Positions 24,135 to 34,200 of a stretch of DNA of 53,074 nucleotides are shown here, in pieces. Below the pieces are notes generated by a model. It was not told the DNA's origin. It was given only the letters and a program-made list of their open reading frames with translations, and searched no databases. The stretch covers positions 1 through 53,074 of the forward strand of contig JBFHWK010000002.1 in the NCBI GenBank assembly GCA_041589075.1, given 5' to 3'. The stretch is from Rhodothermales bacterium (GTDB taxonomy: Bacteria; Bacteroidota; Rhodothermia; Rhodothermales; JABDKH01). How positions within the stretch are numbered: the first letter of the stretch is position 1; every line of letters starts with the position of its first letter. The position numbers and the translations under genes were made by a program.

Positions 24135-26192
24135 TTACTCGGCGGCGCCCGCCTCCTCAGCCGTCGGCGTCGCTCCGTTTCCCGCCGTCAGTGCAGCCTC
24201 GTCAGACGCACCGTCACCCAGGGCGGCACGACCGTCTCCCGGAAACTGCCTGATGTGTTGTCGCGGTATGGCTTTGCCGGTTCCCCGCGCGATGGGTGAG
24301 GACTCATGGATGTAGAAGTCGGAGTTCGGCAAAGAGTCGTTGTGCCTTCTTGCTGCAGCCGCCGCGGCCCGCATGGAATCATCCGCGTTCCGCCTTAAGG
24401 CGCGCACATTGTCGAGAATTCGGAGCTCTAGCATATCGAACACATGTTCGAGGGCGCGACGATCGCGATCGTACTCCAGACCGTATATGCCCATTCGGAC
24501 CTGGCGGTCCATCCGTGACAAAGACGTCGACAGTGCGAAGAGATACATCGCACTATCGGCCAGGCGAGCTTGCACGACCTGCCGCTTGATGATGTCCTCC
24601 CGATGCCACTTGCTGGTCATCTTGAAATGATGCGAGTGACCACGGACCAGCTCGGCAAGACGTCGCGCGTACGGACGCAGCGAAGGATGCACACCGTAGA
24701 TCTCAGGAGCGGCCGGCTTCAGGCTGAGGTACAGTTGGGCAGCCAGCGACAACCCGCGCCGCAACACCGTCGTGTTCATCCCGTTCTCCAGGATACGGTT
24801 CAGGTTCCTGGAGACGGACTCCTCACGGTTCCAACCGAGACTCGACTGGATCGTCAGCATTTGTTCGGCAAGCTGCTTGCCGCCGTAGGCGAAGATGAAC
24901 GACTGCATCACTTCGTTCGAACCTTCCACGATTCGGTGAATGCGGTTGTCGCGCCAGAGTCGCTCAAACTCGTTTTCCGTGACGTAGCCTTCTCCTCCCA
25001 TAACTTGCATCGCGTCGTCGATCACCCGCCACCCCATCTCCGAACAAAAGACCTTGCAAATGGCCGTCTCGACCATGATGTCCTTATCGCCGCGATCGAG
25101 CATACCGGTGACGGTGTAGAGCATCGCATCCATGGCGTAGCACAGGGCGGACATTCGGGCAATGCGCTTTTGCACCAACTCGAACTCTGCCAGGGGGCGT
25201 TCAAACTGAAAGCGGGTCTGCACCCATTTGATTGCCTGATCGCGGGCGCGTTTTGCCGCACCAGTAACGCCGGCAGACAGTGTGCATCGGCCGTAGTTCA
25301 AGCATGTGAGTGCAACGTTCAAGCCCTTGCCCTCATGGTGCAGAAGGTTCTCCTTCGGCACGCGCACGTTCGTAAACCGAATTCGTCCCTGCCACGTACC
25401 ACGGATACCCGTCTTCGACCGGTTCTTTTCGAACACCTCAACGCCGTCCATGTCGGGTGTGCAAATAAGCGCCGTGACGGCCTCGCGTCCCTTCCCGGTG
25501 GCAGGATCCGTGATCACCTGTGTACACATGACCGTTAGAAGACCACTCATCGACGCCGACGTGCTCCACTTTTTCTCCCCGTTCAGGATAAAGTATTCTC
25601 CGTCCTCGCTCTTTACGCAGCGTGTTTCCTGCCCGGCCGCGTCCGAACCGACCTGCGGCTCCGAAAGACAGAACGCCGAAAGGTACTCGCGGGCAACTTT
25701 CGGCAGAAAGCGACGCTTCTGCTCCTTTGTGCCGAAAAGCATCAGTGCCTTGCAGCCGATCGACTGATGTGCGGATACCATGACGGCGGTCGACCCGCAA
25801 TAACTTCCGATCTTCTCAAGAACGCGGTTGTAACTGGTCACACCGAGTCCGAGTCCACCGTACTCTTCCGGGATCGTCATCCCCATCACACCGATTTCAA
25901 ACAGACGTTTGAATACCCATTCCGGGATATACTCCTGCTGATCGATTTCAATCGCCGGGTGCTCGGTCGAGAGATACGCGTCAAGCCGATCGAGCAACTC
26001 ATCGCACCGTAAGCGTTCCTCCGCGGTCTCGACCGGATATGGGAACACAAGCTCGCTGCGGAACCGCCCCCAGAAGAGGTTCTTGACAAAGCCCATCTCC
26101 GAAGGCTCGGGGCCTAACATGACCTCGATGTCCTCGATCATCTTGCGGTCCCTCGCGGAGACCGTCTTCAGTTCTTTCAAGGTGGTCGACAT
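24135..26192 (-). CDS. long-form acyl-CoA dehydrogenase with a C-terminal extension
   Basis: 685 aa with ACAD blocks GMTIPEEYGGLGL, SAFCLSEPQVGSDAAG, YFILNGEKKWSTSA, RTLSAGVTGAAKRA, IARMSALCYAM and GGEGYVTENEFERLWRDNRIHRIVEGSNEVM. About 250 further residues follow, ending in an Ala/Gly/Glu-rich tail. Confidence 0.9.
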   Translation of the reverse strand: MSTTLKELKTVSARDRKMIEDIEVMLGPEPSEMGFVKNLFWGRFRSELVFPYPVETAEERLRCDELLDRLDAYLSTEHPAIEIDQQEYIPEWVFKRLFEIGVMGMTIPEEYGGLGLGVTSYNRVLEKIGSYCGSTAVMVSAHQSIGCKALMLFGTKEQKRRFLPKVAREYLSAFCLSEPQVGSDAAGQETRCVKSEDGEYFILNGEKKWSTSASMSGLLTVMCTQVITDPATGKGREAVTALICTPDMDGVEVFEKNRSKTGIRGTWQGRIRFTNVRVPKENLLHHEGKGLNVALTCLNYGRCTLSAGVTGAAKRARDQAIKWVQTRFQFERPLAEFELVQKRIARMSALCYAMDAMLYTVTGMLDRGDKDIMVETAICKVFCSEMGWRVIDDAMQVMGGEGYVTENEFERLWRDNRIHRIVEGSNEVMQSFIFAYGGKQLAEQMLTIQSSLGWNREESVSRNLNRILENGMNTTVLRRGLSLAAQLYLSLKPAAPEIYGVHPSLRPYARRLAELVRGHSHHFKMTSKWHREDIIKRQVVQARLADSAMYLFALSTSLSRMDRQVRMGIYGLEYDRDRRALEHVFDMLELRILDNVRALRRNADDSMRAAAAAARRHNDSLPNSDFYIHESSPIARGTGKAIPRQHIRQFPGDGRAALGDGASDEAALTAGNGATPTAEEAGAAE

Positions 26193-26448
26193 GTGAATCC
26201 TTCAATTTCTATTTGAGCCGTTAACGCCGTTGCGCAGGCACGAACCGACACTGCGAAACGACTTTCGGAAGCGCTTTTTTGGACGCTTTGTCTACATTAG
26301 CCACTGAGGGCTGTTCCTTAATGATCGTCAGCCCAGGCCATTTCACAAGAAACAAGTCAAGCCGTTTTACGCCGTGTCTATCTTGCCCGCCGAACTCAGG
26401 CCGGGACCGAGCTGAGACCGACTCGTCACTACGTTCATACGCCGCACA

Positions 26449-27288
26449 ATGCCCACGATCGAGTCTTTCGAGAAGAAACTCGCGCGCGTACAGGATGAGG
26501 CCGGTACTCTGCTGTGCGTCGGGTTAGATCCGGACCCGAATCGCATGCCCCCCTCGGTCAGGCGCGGGAAGCATGTGGCCGATGCGGTCCGTGAGTTTTG
26601 TATCACAATTATTGAAGCTACGGCGCCGTGGGCGTGTGCGTTCAAGGTGAACTTCGGCTTCTTTGAGGCGCTGGGAGATGAGGGTTGGCGCGTTCTCTCG
26701 GATGTTGCCGCCGCAATCCCCGAGTCGAAGATTTCGATCGCCGATGCCAAGCGTGGCGACATCGGCAACACAGGCCGCTTCTACGCGCAAGCAGTGTTCG
26801 AAAAACTCCCCTTCGACGCTTGTACCGTTACTCCGTATATGGGTCGCTCGTCCGTCGAGCCATTTCTCGCGTATGCGGGCAAGGCAGCCTTCGTCCTCGC
26901 GCGTACGTCGAATCCCGACTCCGACGAGTTCCAGCTTTCGCCGAGCGGCCGAGATCATCTCTACCGGCACGTTGCGATGAGTGCACTCGATTGGGCACGG
27001 GAGTCCCCGGGGTCGCTGGGACTTGTTGTCGGTGCGACCGACATCGAAGCCATGCGACGGTTGCGCGACGATTGTCCTGCAACGCCGTTTCTGATCCCGG
27101 GCGTGGGCGCCCAAGGTGGACGGCTCGAAGATGTACTGCAGGCAGGACTCACCGCAGAGGGAGCGGTCATCATTAGCGCCAGCCGAAGCATACTCTATTC
27201 ATCGGGCGGTGAGGATTTTCGAGAAGCTGCCGGCGATGCAGCGCGCACGTTGACGCACACGATCGCAGCCATCCAGTCAGATTCGTAG
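26449..27288 (+). CDS. pyrF: orotidine 5'-phosphate decarboxylase (type 2)
   Basis: 279 aa with LCVGLDPDPNRMP, ACAFKVNFGFFEALG, ISIADAKRGDIGNTG, DACTVTPYMG, VLARTSNP and FLIPGVGAQGG. Confidence 0.93.
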   Translation: MPTIESFEKKLARVQDEAGTLLCVGLDPDPNRMPPSVRRGKHVADAVREFCITIIEATAPWACAFKVNFGFFEALGDEGWRVLSDVAAAIPESKISIADAKRGDIGNTGRFYAQAVFEKLPFDACTVTPYMGRSSVEPFLAYAGKAAFVLARTSNPDSDEFQLSPSGRDHLYRHVAMSALDWARESPGSLGLVVGATDIEAMRRLRDDCPATPFLIPGVGAQGGRLEDVLQAGLTAEGAVIISASRSILYSSGGEDFREAAGDAARTLTHTIAAIQSDS

Positions 27289-27364
27289 ACGCCCGGGTTA
27301 CGTATTCGGACGATCGTGTGTCCTTTGTCTGGAGCAACACTGAGTTGCCTAAGACACCTGGTGC

Positions 27365-28765
27365 ATGAGCAGCCTTAACCGTCACTCTCCCCACCTACTG
27401 CACGACCCGGAGGTACGCCTGGCCGAATTACCCGAAGCCCTGGTTCAGGATCTCTGGCATCACACCAACTATGGACGCGCAAATCTGCGCACGACCGCAG
27501 GTGCGCAGATCCATGTCGAGAGCACCGGACTTCCGAACACCAACGGCGGACCGGATTTCCTCGGCGCTCACGTCCGTCTCGACGACACACTATGGGTCGG
27601 CGACGTCGAAATTCATCGGACCTCGGTCGAGTGGTTTCGTCATGGCCATCATAGAGACGACAGGTACAACTCGGTAATTCTGCATGTAACACTGCTTTCA
27701 GATCTGTGGACTGGCACGGTCGTCAGACAAGACGGTACGGTGGTCCCCGAGCTCGTTCTCAGCGGCTATCTAAACAATCGCTTGCGGACGCTGCTATACC
27801 GGTTTCGCAATGATGTGCGTCCGGACCCGTTGTGTCGAGCCGAACTACCTTCCGCTCCGACGTCCCTTCGCCGAGAAACCGTGCGCGGCATGGCCCGAGC
27901 ACGGTTGAAAAGGCAACGTGACGCGTGCCTATCCACGCTTAAGCACGCATCCGACATCGACGAGTTGCTATACCGGTACGTGTTCGCAGCACTTGGTCAC
28001 GCGAAGAACGCACAGCCAATGCGACTTCTTGCCGAGAGGATACCGTTAGCGGCGGCCCGAGCACTGCATAATCCTCAACACTTGGAGGCTGCCTTTCTTG
28101 GGACCGCCGGTCTTATCCCGGACAGCCGAAAGTTAACCGGATCGGAGGAATCGAAGGCATATGTCGCACGACTTCGGTCGGCGTATGGCACTGGTGAGCC
28201 AATCCTGGACGCCACACCGATGTCGCCCGTACAGTGGCAGTATTTTCGGCTTAGGCCCGCCAACTTCCCGCCGCTTCGAATTGCGCAGGGTTGTGCCCTG
28301 ATTCATAACGGCTTGCTACAGCGTCCGTGTTGGCTGCAGAACACTCTCGAGTGTGCATCGTCTCCGACGGAGTTCCTTGCCGCCTGTCGTCGCGCACTGC
28401 AGCCGGGACTGCATTCGTTCTGGACGACGCACTATCGGTTGGAGCGAGAATCACCCAACCACACCGGATCGATTGGTGGCAGCAAGGCCGATCACATAAT
28501 CATTAACGCGATCCTGCCGCTGGCAGCTGCCGTCGCAGAGCAAGATTGGCCGATTTCAGGACGTCTTGACGACCTGTTAGCGCTGTTGCCGCCCGAGGAT
28601 GACGAGGTGACTCGCAAGTTCGACGACATTGGAATGGCCGCCCGAACAGCAGCCGATAGTCAGGGCGTGCACGAGCTGTACGGATCATTATGCACGAAGC
28701 ACGGCTGCCTGCGCTGTCCAATAGGCCGTCATATATTACGTCGACCACCCATAACAGACGAGTAG
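27365..28765 (+). CDS. DUF2851 family protein
   Basis: 466 aa. The block IHVESTGLPNTNGGPDFLGAHVRLDDTLWVGDVEIHRTSVEWFRHGHHRDDRYNSVILHVTL matches the conserved DUF2851 N-terminal block as I recall it. The C-terminus has a C..C motif (CTKHGCLRCPIG). Confidence 0.75.
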   Translation: MSSLNRHSPHLLHDPEVRLAELPEALVQDLWHHTNYGRANLRTTAGAQIHVESTGLPNTNGGPDFLGAHVRLDDTLWVGDVEIHRTSVEWFRHGHHRDDRYNSVILHVTLLSDLWTGTVVRQDGTVVPELVLSGYLNNRLRTLLYRFRNDVRPDPLCRAELPSAPTSLRRETVRGMARARLKRQRDACLSTLKHASDIDELLYRYVFAALGHAKNAQPMRLLAERIPLAAARALHNPQHLEAAFLGTAGLIPDSRKLTGSEESKAYVARLRSAYGTGEPILDATPMSPVQWQYFRLRPANFPPLRIAQGCALIHNGLLQRPCWLQNTLECASSPTEFLAACRRALQPGLHSFWTTHYRLERESPNHTGSIGGSKADHIIINAILPLAAAVAEQDWPISGRLDDLLALLPPEDDEVTRKFDDIGMAARTAADSQGVHELYGSLCTKHGCLRCPIGRHILRRPPITDE

Positions 28766-28769
28766 GCAA

Positions 28770-29084
28770 ATGGATAGTATTGTGCGGCTGGTCACGATGA
28801 CATTCGATCCTGAGAACATAGATACTTTCCAGAGGATCTTCGACGAAGTCGCTCCCCGGATCCGGGCCAGCGAAGGCTGTACAAGTCTGGTACTCCTTCA
28901 AGACGCGGATGACGACGCCGTGTTCACGACCTACAGTGTCTGGGACTCGCCCGCCCATCTCGACCGGTACCGTTCCAGTGATCTTTTCATTCAGACGTGG
29001 GAGGCAACCCGATCACTTTTCAGCGGGCGCCCCTTCGCACGCAGCCTGCGCGTGATTAGTACAGTTCCCGGACCGGCCGACTGA
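28770..29084 (+). CDS. antibiotic-biosynthesis-monooxygenase (ABM) domain protein
   Basis: 104 aa with a ferredoxin-like ABM pattern: VRLVTMTFDPENIDTFQRIFDEVAPRIRASEGCTSLVLLQDADDDAVFTTYSVWDSPAHLDRYRSSDLF. It lies 4 nt downstream of DUF2851. Confidence 0.7.
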   Translation: MDSIVRLVTMTFDPENIDTFQRIFDEVAPRIRASEGCTSLVLLQDADDDAVFTTYSVWDSPAHLDRYRSSDLFIQTWEATRSLFSGRPFARSLRVISTVPGPAD

Positions 29085-29151
29085 GAGAACGCCGCCTCAC
29101 CCGTCCGTGCGATTAGACTCATGCCCGGCGCGTCGCGATCGAGAAGTCACC

Positions 29152-29694
29152 CTACGAGGCGCTCCGAAGGATATCATCCAGTGTCGGCTGTACTGCGCGA
29201 AATCTGATACGCTCGTAGTATGGCGGCACTTGTCCGTAGTTGGACGCGTCGCGAGGCTCATCACTGCCGGTGGCTTCTAATTGTCGCGCCGCACCCCGCA
29301 CAATCTCAGCGTACGCGTTTCTGACGGACTCCTGCTCACTCACAATGGCTCCCAGCAACTGATTGGCTGCCGTGTAGCCAAAAAGACCGCCGCGCACGTT
29401 CTGGGCAGCTCTTGCGTGCGCATCGACCAACCGCCCATGCCTTTCCACAATCGCACCATACTGGTTTGCGTAAGACGCCAGTTCCGGCCGTCGGGCGGCT
29501 GCGCCGGAAAATGCGTCACGTTCACCCACGGCGCGGTCATACGCTCGCGCAAATGCCTCGTTAATCTCGACGATTTTCGCGACAGTTTTTTCCTCGCCAC
29601 CATACCGGCCGTAGTACCGGCAGCCCGACGATAGCAGCAGGACGGTGACAACTGCGACGACACTCCCTACCGTACGTAGCGCTTCAGTTCGCAT
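29152..29694 (-). CDS. hypothetical lipoprotein
   Basis: The track ORF (to 30027) has an Arg-rich extension overlapping the 3' end of glgC. The ATG at 29694 gives MRTEALRTVGSVVAVVTVLLLSSGC (lipobox LSSGC) followed by a helical 155-aa domain. No family is recognised. Confidence 0.6.
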   Translation of the reverse strand: MRTEALRTVGSVVAVVTVLLLSSGCRYYGRYGGEEKTVAKIVEINEAFARAYDRAVGERDAFSGAAARRPELASYANQYGAIVERHGRLVDAHARAAQNVRGGLFGYTAANQLLGAIVSEQESVRNAYAEIVRGAARQLEATGSDEPRDASNYGQVPPYYERIRFRAVQPTLDDILRSAS

Positions 29695-29795
29695 GTGGGA
29701 CACGTGGACTCTTGTGGATAGGAAACACGATGTTAACGAATCCCACCGAGACGTTGCGATACCGCGGCACGGTTTTGACAACAATTCGCACGGTT

Positions 29796-31064
29796 CTACA
29801 GTACGGTTCCCGCCGGAATGGTCACGTTCTTGGGGATGACAATGATACCGTCGCGGATGTAGTAGCCGTCGCCGTCCAGCTCTTGAACGCCGGCCTCGTT
29901 TGTGAGTGTACTCCCCTCTCCGATACACACGTTGCGATCGATGATGGCGTTTTCGACCCGAGAACCGGCACCTATGCCGGGATTGTCGGGTCCGTCGCTG
30001 ACCTCGCGTGAACCCGGCTCCGACCACGGGTAATAGTCCGCGCCCATAAAAACGGTGTTACTGATCACAGCATCGGGCCCCACAAACGACCGCAGCCCAA
30101 TGACCGAGTTGTGGATCTCCGCATTCACGATCACACATGCTTCGGCGATAATGCTCCGGGACACGGCTGCGTTCTCGATCTTTGCCGGTGCCAGCATCCG
30201 CGCGTTCGTATAGAGCGGCCTCTTGGGATTGTACATGTCGAACTCGGGCTTCTCCTGTGCGAGCATGAGGTTCGCCTCGTAGAAGGACCGGATCGTTCCG
30301 ATGTCACTCCAGTAACCGGTGAAAGGATAACTGACGACCTTCATGGTGTCGATCGCCGACGGAATGATCTGCTTGCCGAAATCGTGAGCGTCGGGGTTCG
30401 AATCGAGAAGCCTTCGAAGGATGCCTCTATTGAAGACGTAGATTCCCATCGACGCCAGATACACTCGGCCCTGGTTCGCCATCTCATCCGGCACCGGGCT
30501 ATCCTTGTCGGCGAGTTTATCGGCCGGCGGCTTCTCGTGGAACTCAGTGATAATAGAGTTTGCGTCCGTCTTCAGAATGCCGAAGCCAGGCGCTTCCTCA
30601 GCAGTAACCGGTATCGTCGCGATCGAAATATCCGCACCAAGTTCCCGATGCTTCTCGAGCACTTCTCGATAGTCCATTGAGTACAACTGGTCTCCGGACA
30701 GCACCAGAACAAAGTCGTAGAGATAGCTGCGCATGTGCTGCATGCTCTGCCGGACGGCATCCGCCGTACCCTGAAACCAGTCCTTGGAAACCGGTGTCTG
30801 CTCCGCCGCGAGGATGTTGACGAAGCCGTGCCGGAAGTGGTCGAAACGATACGAGCGCGATACGTGCCTGTTGAGGCTAGCCGAATTGTATTGCGTCAGG
30901 ACGAATATTCGATTGATGTCCGAGTTGATGCAGTTGGATATCGGTATGTCAATCAGTCGATACTTGCCTGCTAGCGGGACTGCGGGCTTCGACCGAAGCA
31001 TCGTGAGTGGGAACAACCTACTGCCGGCACCTCCTCCGAGGATTACACTAATCACCGCGTCCAT
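29796..31064 (-). CDS. glgC: glucose-1-phosphate adenylyltransferase
   Basis: 422 aa with VILGGGAGSRLFPLTMLRSKPAVPLAGKYRLIDIPISNCINS, QGTADAVRQ, LVLSGDQLYSMDY, SMGIYVF, WSDIGTIRSFYEANL and a C-terminal left-handed beta-helix region. Confidence 0.95.
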   Translation of the reverse strand: MDAVISVILGGGAGSRLFPLTMLRSKPAVPLAGKYRLIDIPISNCINSDINRIFVLTQYNSASLNRHVSRSYRFDHFRHGFVNILAAEQTPVSKDWFQGTADAVRQSMQHMRSYLYDFVLVLSGDQLYSMDYREVLEKHRELGADISIATIPVTAEEAPGFGILKTDANSIITEFHEKPPADKLADKDSPVPDEMANQGRVYLASMGIYVFNRGILRRLLDSNPDAHDFGKQIIPSAIDTMKVVSYPFTGYWSDIGTIRSFYEANLMLAQEKPEFDMYNPKRPLYTNARMLAPAKIENAAVSRSIIAEACVIVNAEIHNSVIGLRSFVGPDAVISNTVFMGADYYPWSEPGSREVSDGPDNPGIGAGSRVENAIIDRNVCIGEGSTLTNEAGVQELDGDGYYIRDGIIVIPKNVTIPAGTVL

Positions 31065-31214
31065 GCGTTTACCTCATCATGAATCCACGTTCCGTTGACG
31101 TCTTAACAGTACTCAATGGTATCACAACACGGACCAATATACGGTGTCCTACTGCAGATTCTTGTGGCCGGGCCCGGCGGACGAGGTCAAACCTGCGGCC
31201 TCTGAAACTCCGGA

Positions 31215-34200
31215 TTGCGCTTCCGGTACACTCGACCTAAGACGCCAGCGACATTGAGCGACGAGACGCTACAAATCATTCGAACAGTCCGCGACCGCCT
31301 GCGATCGACGGGCCGCAAGATACTTCTGGCACGGCTTCTTCGCGGTCTCTTCCTGACAGCAGGTGGTGCCGCCGGGCTATGGGCAATCCTTGCCGCCGTT
31401 GAAGCGGTCTTCTGGATGGCGCCGACAATTCGAACCGTCTGCGTATCTGTGGCCGGTCTTCTTCTTCTAGGTGTCGTCGCAGTAACCGTCGTGATTCCAC
31501 TGCTCGGCCTAGTCGGTGTTGCGGGACTTCCCGATCCGGAGCGTGTTGCGCATTCCATCGAGAGAGCGCTTCCCGCCACACGCGATCGCCTCGTCAATTT
31601 CATCCACCTGTCGAGCGGCAAACACAGCGATAGCCCTCCCGAACTGATCGAAGCCGCGCTGGAAACGCTATATGCAAACTTCAGAACAGCGCCGTTTGAG
31701 AGCGTCGAGGATTATCGAATCGTACGGCGAAGTCTCAAAGTGTCCTTGGGGCCGCTCCTGATGTTGGTTTTGTTTGCGCTTATCCTGCCATCCTCGTTTC
31801 GAGATGCATCGAACCGACTACTACATCCGCAGACGGCATTCACGGCACCGACTCCGTTTTCGCTGATCGTAGAACCCGGCGATGTTGCAATTGTAAGAGG
31901 GGATTCCGTGAGAATCGTGGTCGATGTTCGGGGTACTGCGGCCGGCAGGCCGGAGCTGCAACTTAACGCTCCCGGCATCCAACCCACTGCTCGGCTTGTC
32001 GGACCCGTCGATAAGAACGGGACCTACCACCACACGCGTACCAACGTCAGAGGTGACTTTCAGTACCGTGCGGCGCTTCAGGAAGTGACGTCGCCGTGGT
32101 ACTCAGTTACCGTCCTCGACCGCCCAATCGTTCGGGATCTGCAGGTGTCTGTTGTGACACCACGCTATTCCCGGCTGGGAACGTTTGATCTCGAGCCGGA
32201 TGCCGGTGATGTGACGGCCCTTGTCGGTTCAGACGTTCGTCTTGATGTTGGACTCGGCGGTGCCGACGTTACCGAGGCCTTTGTCGTGTTTGACAAAGCC
32301 GAGAAGAAGAGACTCTCGATCGAGGGTGGACGGGCACGAGGATCCTTTCGGCTCACGCGTGAAGACACCTACCGTATCGCCCTCACCAGTTCCTCAGGTG
32401 TCGAGAACGACAGTCCGATTCGTTACCGCCTCCATCCAGTCGCCGACCAGGATCCGACGATCGAGGTAACCCAGCCCTCACTCGTCGAGAAACTGATTGA
32501 GCCATTCGAACCGACAATCTCTTTTCGCATCACGGACGACTTTGGCTTCTCCCGTGCGGTCCTGTTCTATCGCCTGGCGGAAAGCCGGTTCGGTGCAGTT
32601 ACGGAAAGCTTCTCGGAGCTGGATATTACGATTGCGGAACCGCGTCGATTGGATCAGTTGGTCGATCAGGTCTGGAACATTCTCGGTACCGTTGGGCAGC
32701 CGGTTCCCGGGGACGTGATCGAGTATTATCTGAGGGCCTGGGATAACGACAGCTATGCCGGCTACAAGCCTGCCTCCTCTCGCGTACACCGATTCATCAT
32801 GCCGTCGCTGGCTGAGCTGTATGAGCAGATGGATCAGTCGTCCGACGACGCGGCCGACAATCTCGAGGAGTTGATACGCAAGGCGAAGGATGCCAGTGAT
32901 CGCTTCCGGGAGTTGAGGGATGAAGTGCGCCGCAAGGCCGAGCCGGATTGGGACGACCAGCGAAGCCTCGACGAGTTGCGCCAGGTGCAAGAGGAAATGG
33001 AAGATGGTCTTGGTGAGGTCGCTCGTGAGTTGGACGAGTTGTCACAACAGATGCGTGAAAACAGTCTGGTCAGCGATGAGACACTGGAGATGATGGAGGA
33101 GCTGCAAAAGACTGTTGAAGAGATACGCTCACCAGAGTTAATGGAGGCGCTGCAAAAGCTGCGAGAAGCCATGCAGAACCTCGATCCGCAGCTAATGCAG
33201 CAGTCATTGCAGAACTTCGAGTTCGACGAGGAGCAGTTTCGGCAGCGGCTTGAGCGCGCACTCGAGCTGTTCAAGCGTCTGCAGATTCAGCAGGGCCTCG
33301 AGGAGGCTGCGCGGCGGGCACAGGAACTGGAGGAACTTCAGGAGAATCTGCAACAAGACACGCGCGAGTTGTCCGAGCAGCAGGAGCAAAGCAAGGAAGG
33401 CCGCGAAACGAGAGAATCGGACGCCGCGAACGAGTCAGAGCGTCTCGCTAAAGAACAGGATCGATCGGCGTCCGAAATGGAGTCGCTGCAGGAAAGGCTG
33501 CGTGAGCTCCAACAGCAGATGGAGGAAATCCCGCGCACAAGTCCCAAGCAGCTAGAGGAGCTGCGCTCGCGACTAGAGCAGCAGGATCTGCCGGAGCAGA
33601 TGCGGCAAAACGCGCAGGAGCTTCGGAATCAACAGATGGATCCCGCCATGCAAGGGCAACAACAAATGCAGCAGCAGCTCGGGCAGTTGCGAGAGAGCCT
33701 GGAGCAGATACAGAGTGCCATGCGCGGTCGACAACTGCAACTCAACATCGCCGGTCTTCGACAGGTTCTCAATGACGTACTGATCCTCTCGCAGGACCAG
33801 GAAGGGATGCGGCACGAGGTGTCCGAGACCGAGACCGATAGTCCCTCGCTTCGGCCGTTGGCACGGCGCCAGATCGAGCTCGGCGAGGGTCTGCGGGTAG
33901 TTAGCGACACACTGCTCAAGCTATCGCGCGAGATCCCTGAGATGTCGCGTGAAGTCCAGGTGCAGACCGGCGCCGCTCTCCGCGAGATGCAACAGGCCAC
34001 CGAAGCACTCGCAGGTCGTTCCGCACGACGTGCAGCAGGACATCAAAAAGCGTCAATGATGCATCTCAACGAACTCGCCTTGCTGCTCAGTGATTTGCTC
34101 AGCCGCATGATGAGTCAGCAGATGGGCATGGGTATGCCATCGATGCAGCAGCTCCTCGATCAACTGCAACAGATGGGCGGACAACAGGAGCAGCTCAACC

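Noticed and set aside
24570-25538. 322-aa plus-strand ORF
   Set aside because: It lies entirely antisense to the acyl-CoA dehydrogenase, whose motifs are clear. The sequence is low-complexity and R/H/L/V-rich.
29695-30027. Arg-rich 111-aa N-terminal extension of the 29152-30027 ORF
   Set aside because: It overlaps the 3' end of glgC. The internal ATG at 29694 yields a clean lipoprotein signal peptide, so the extension is read-through of an open frame.
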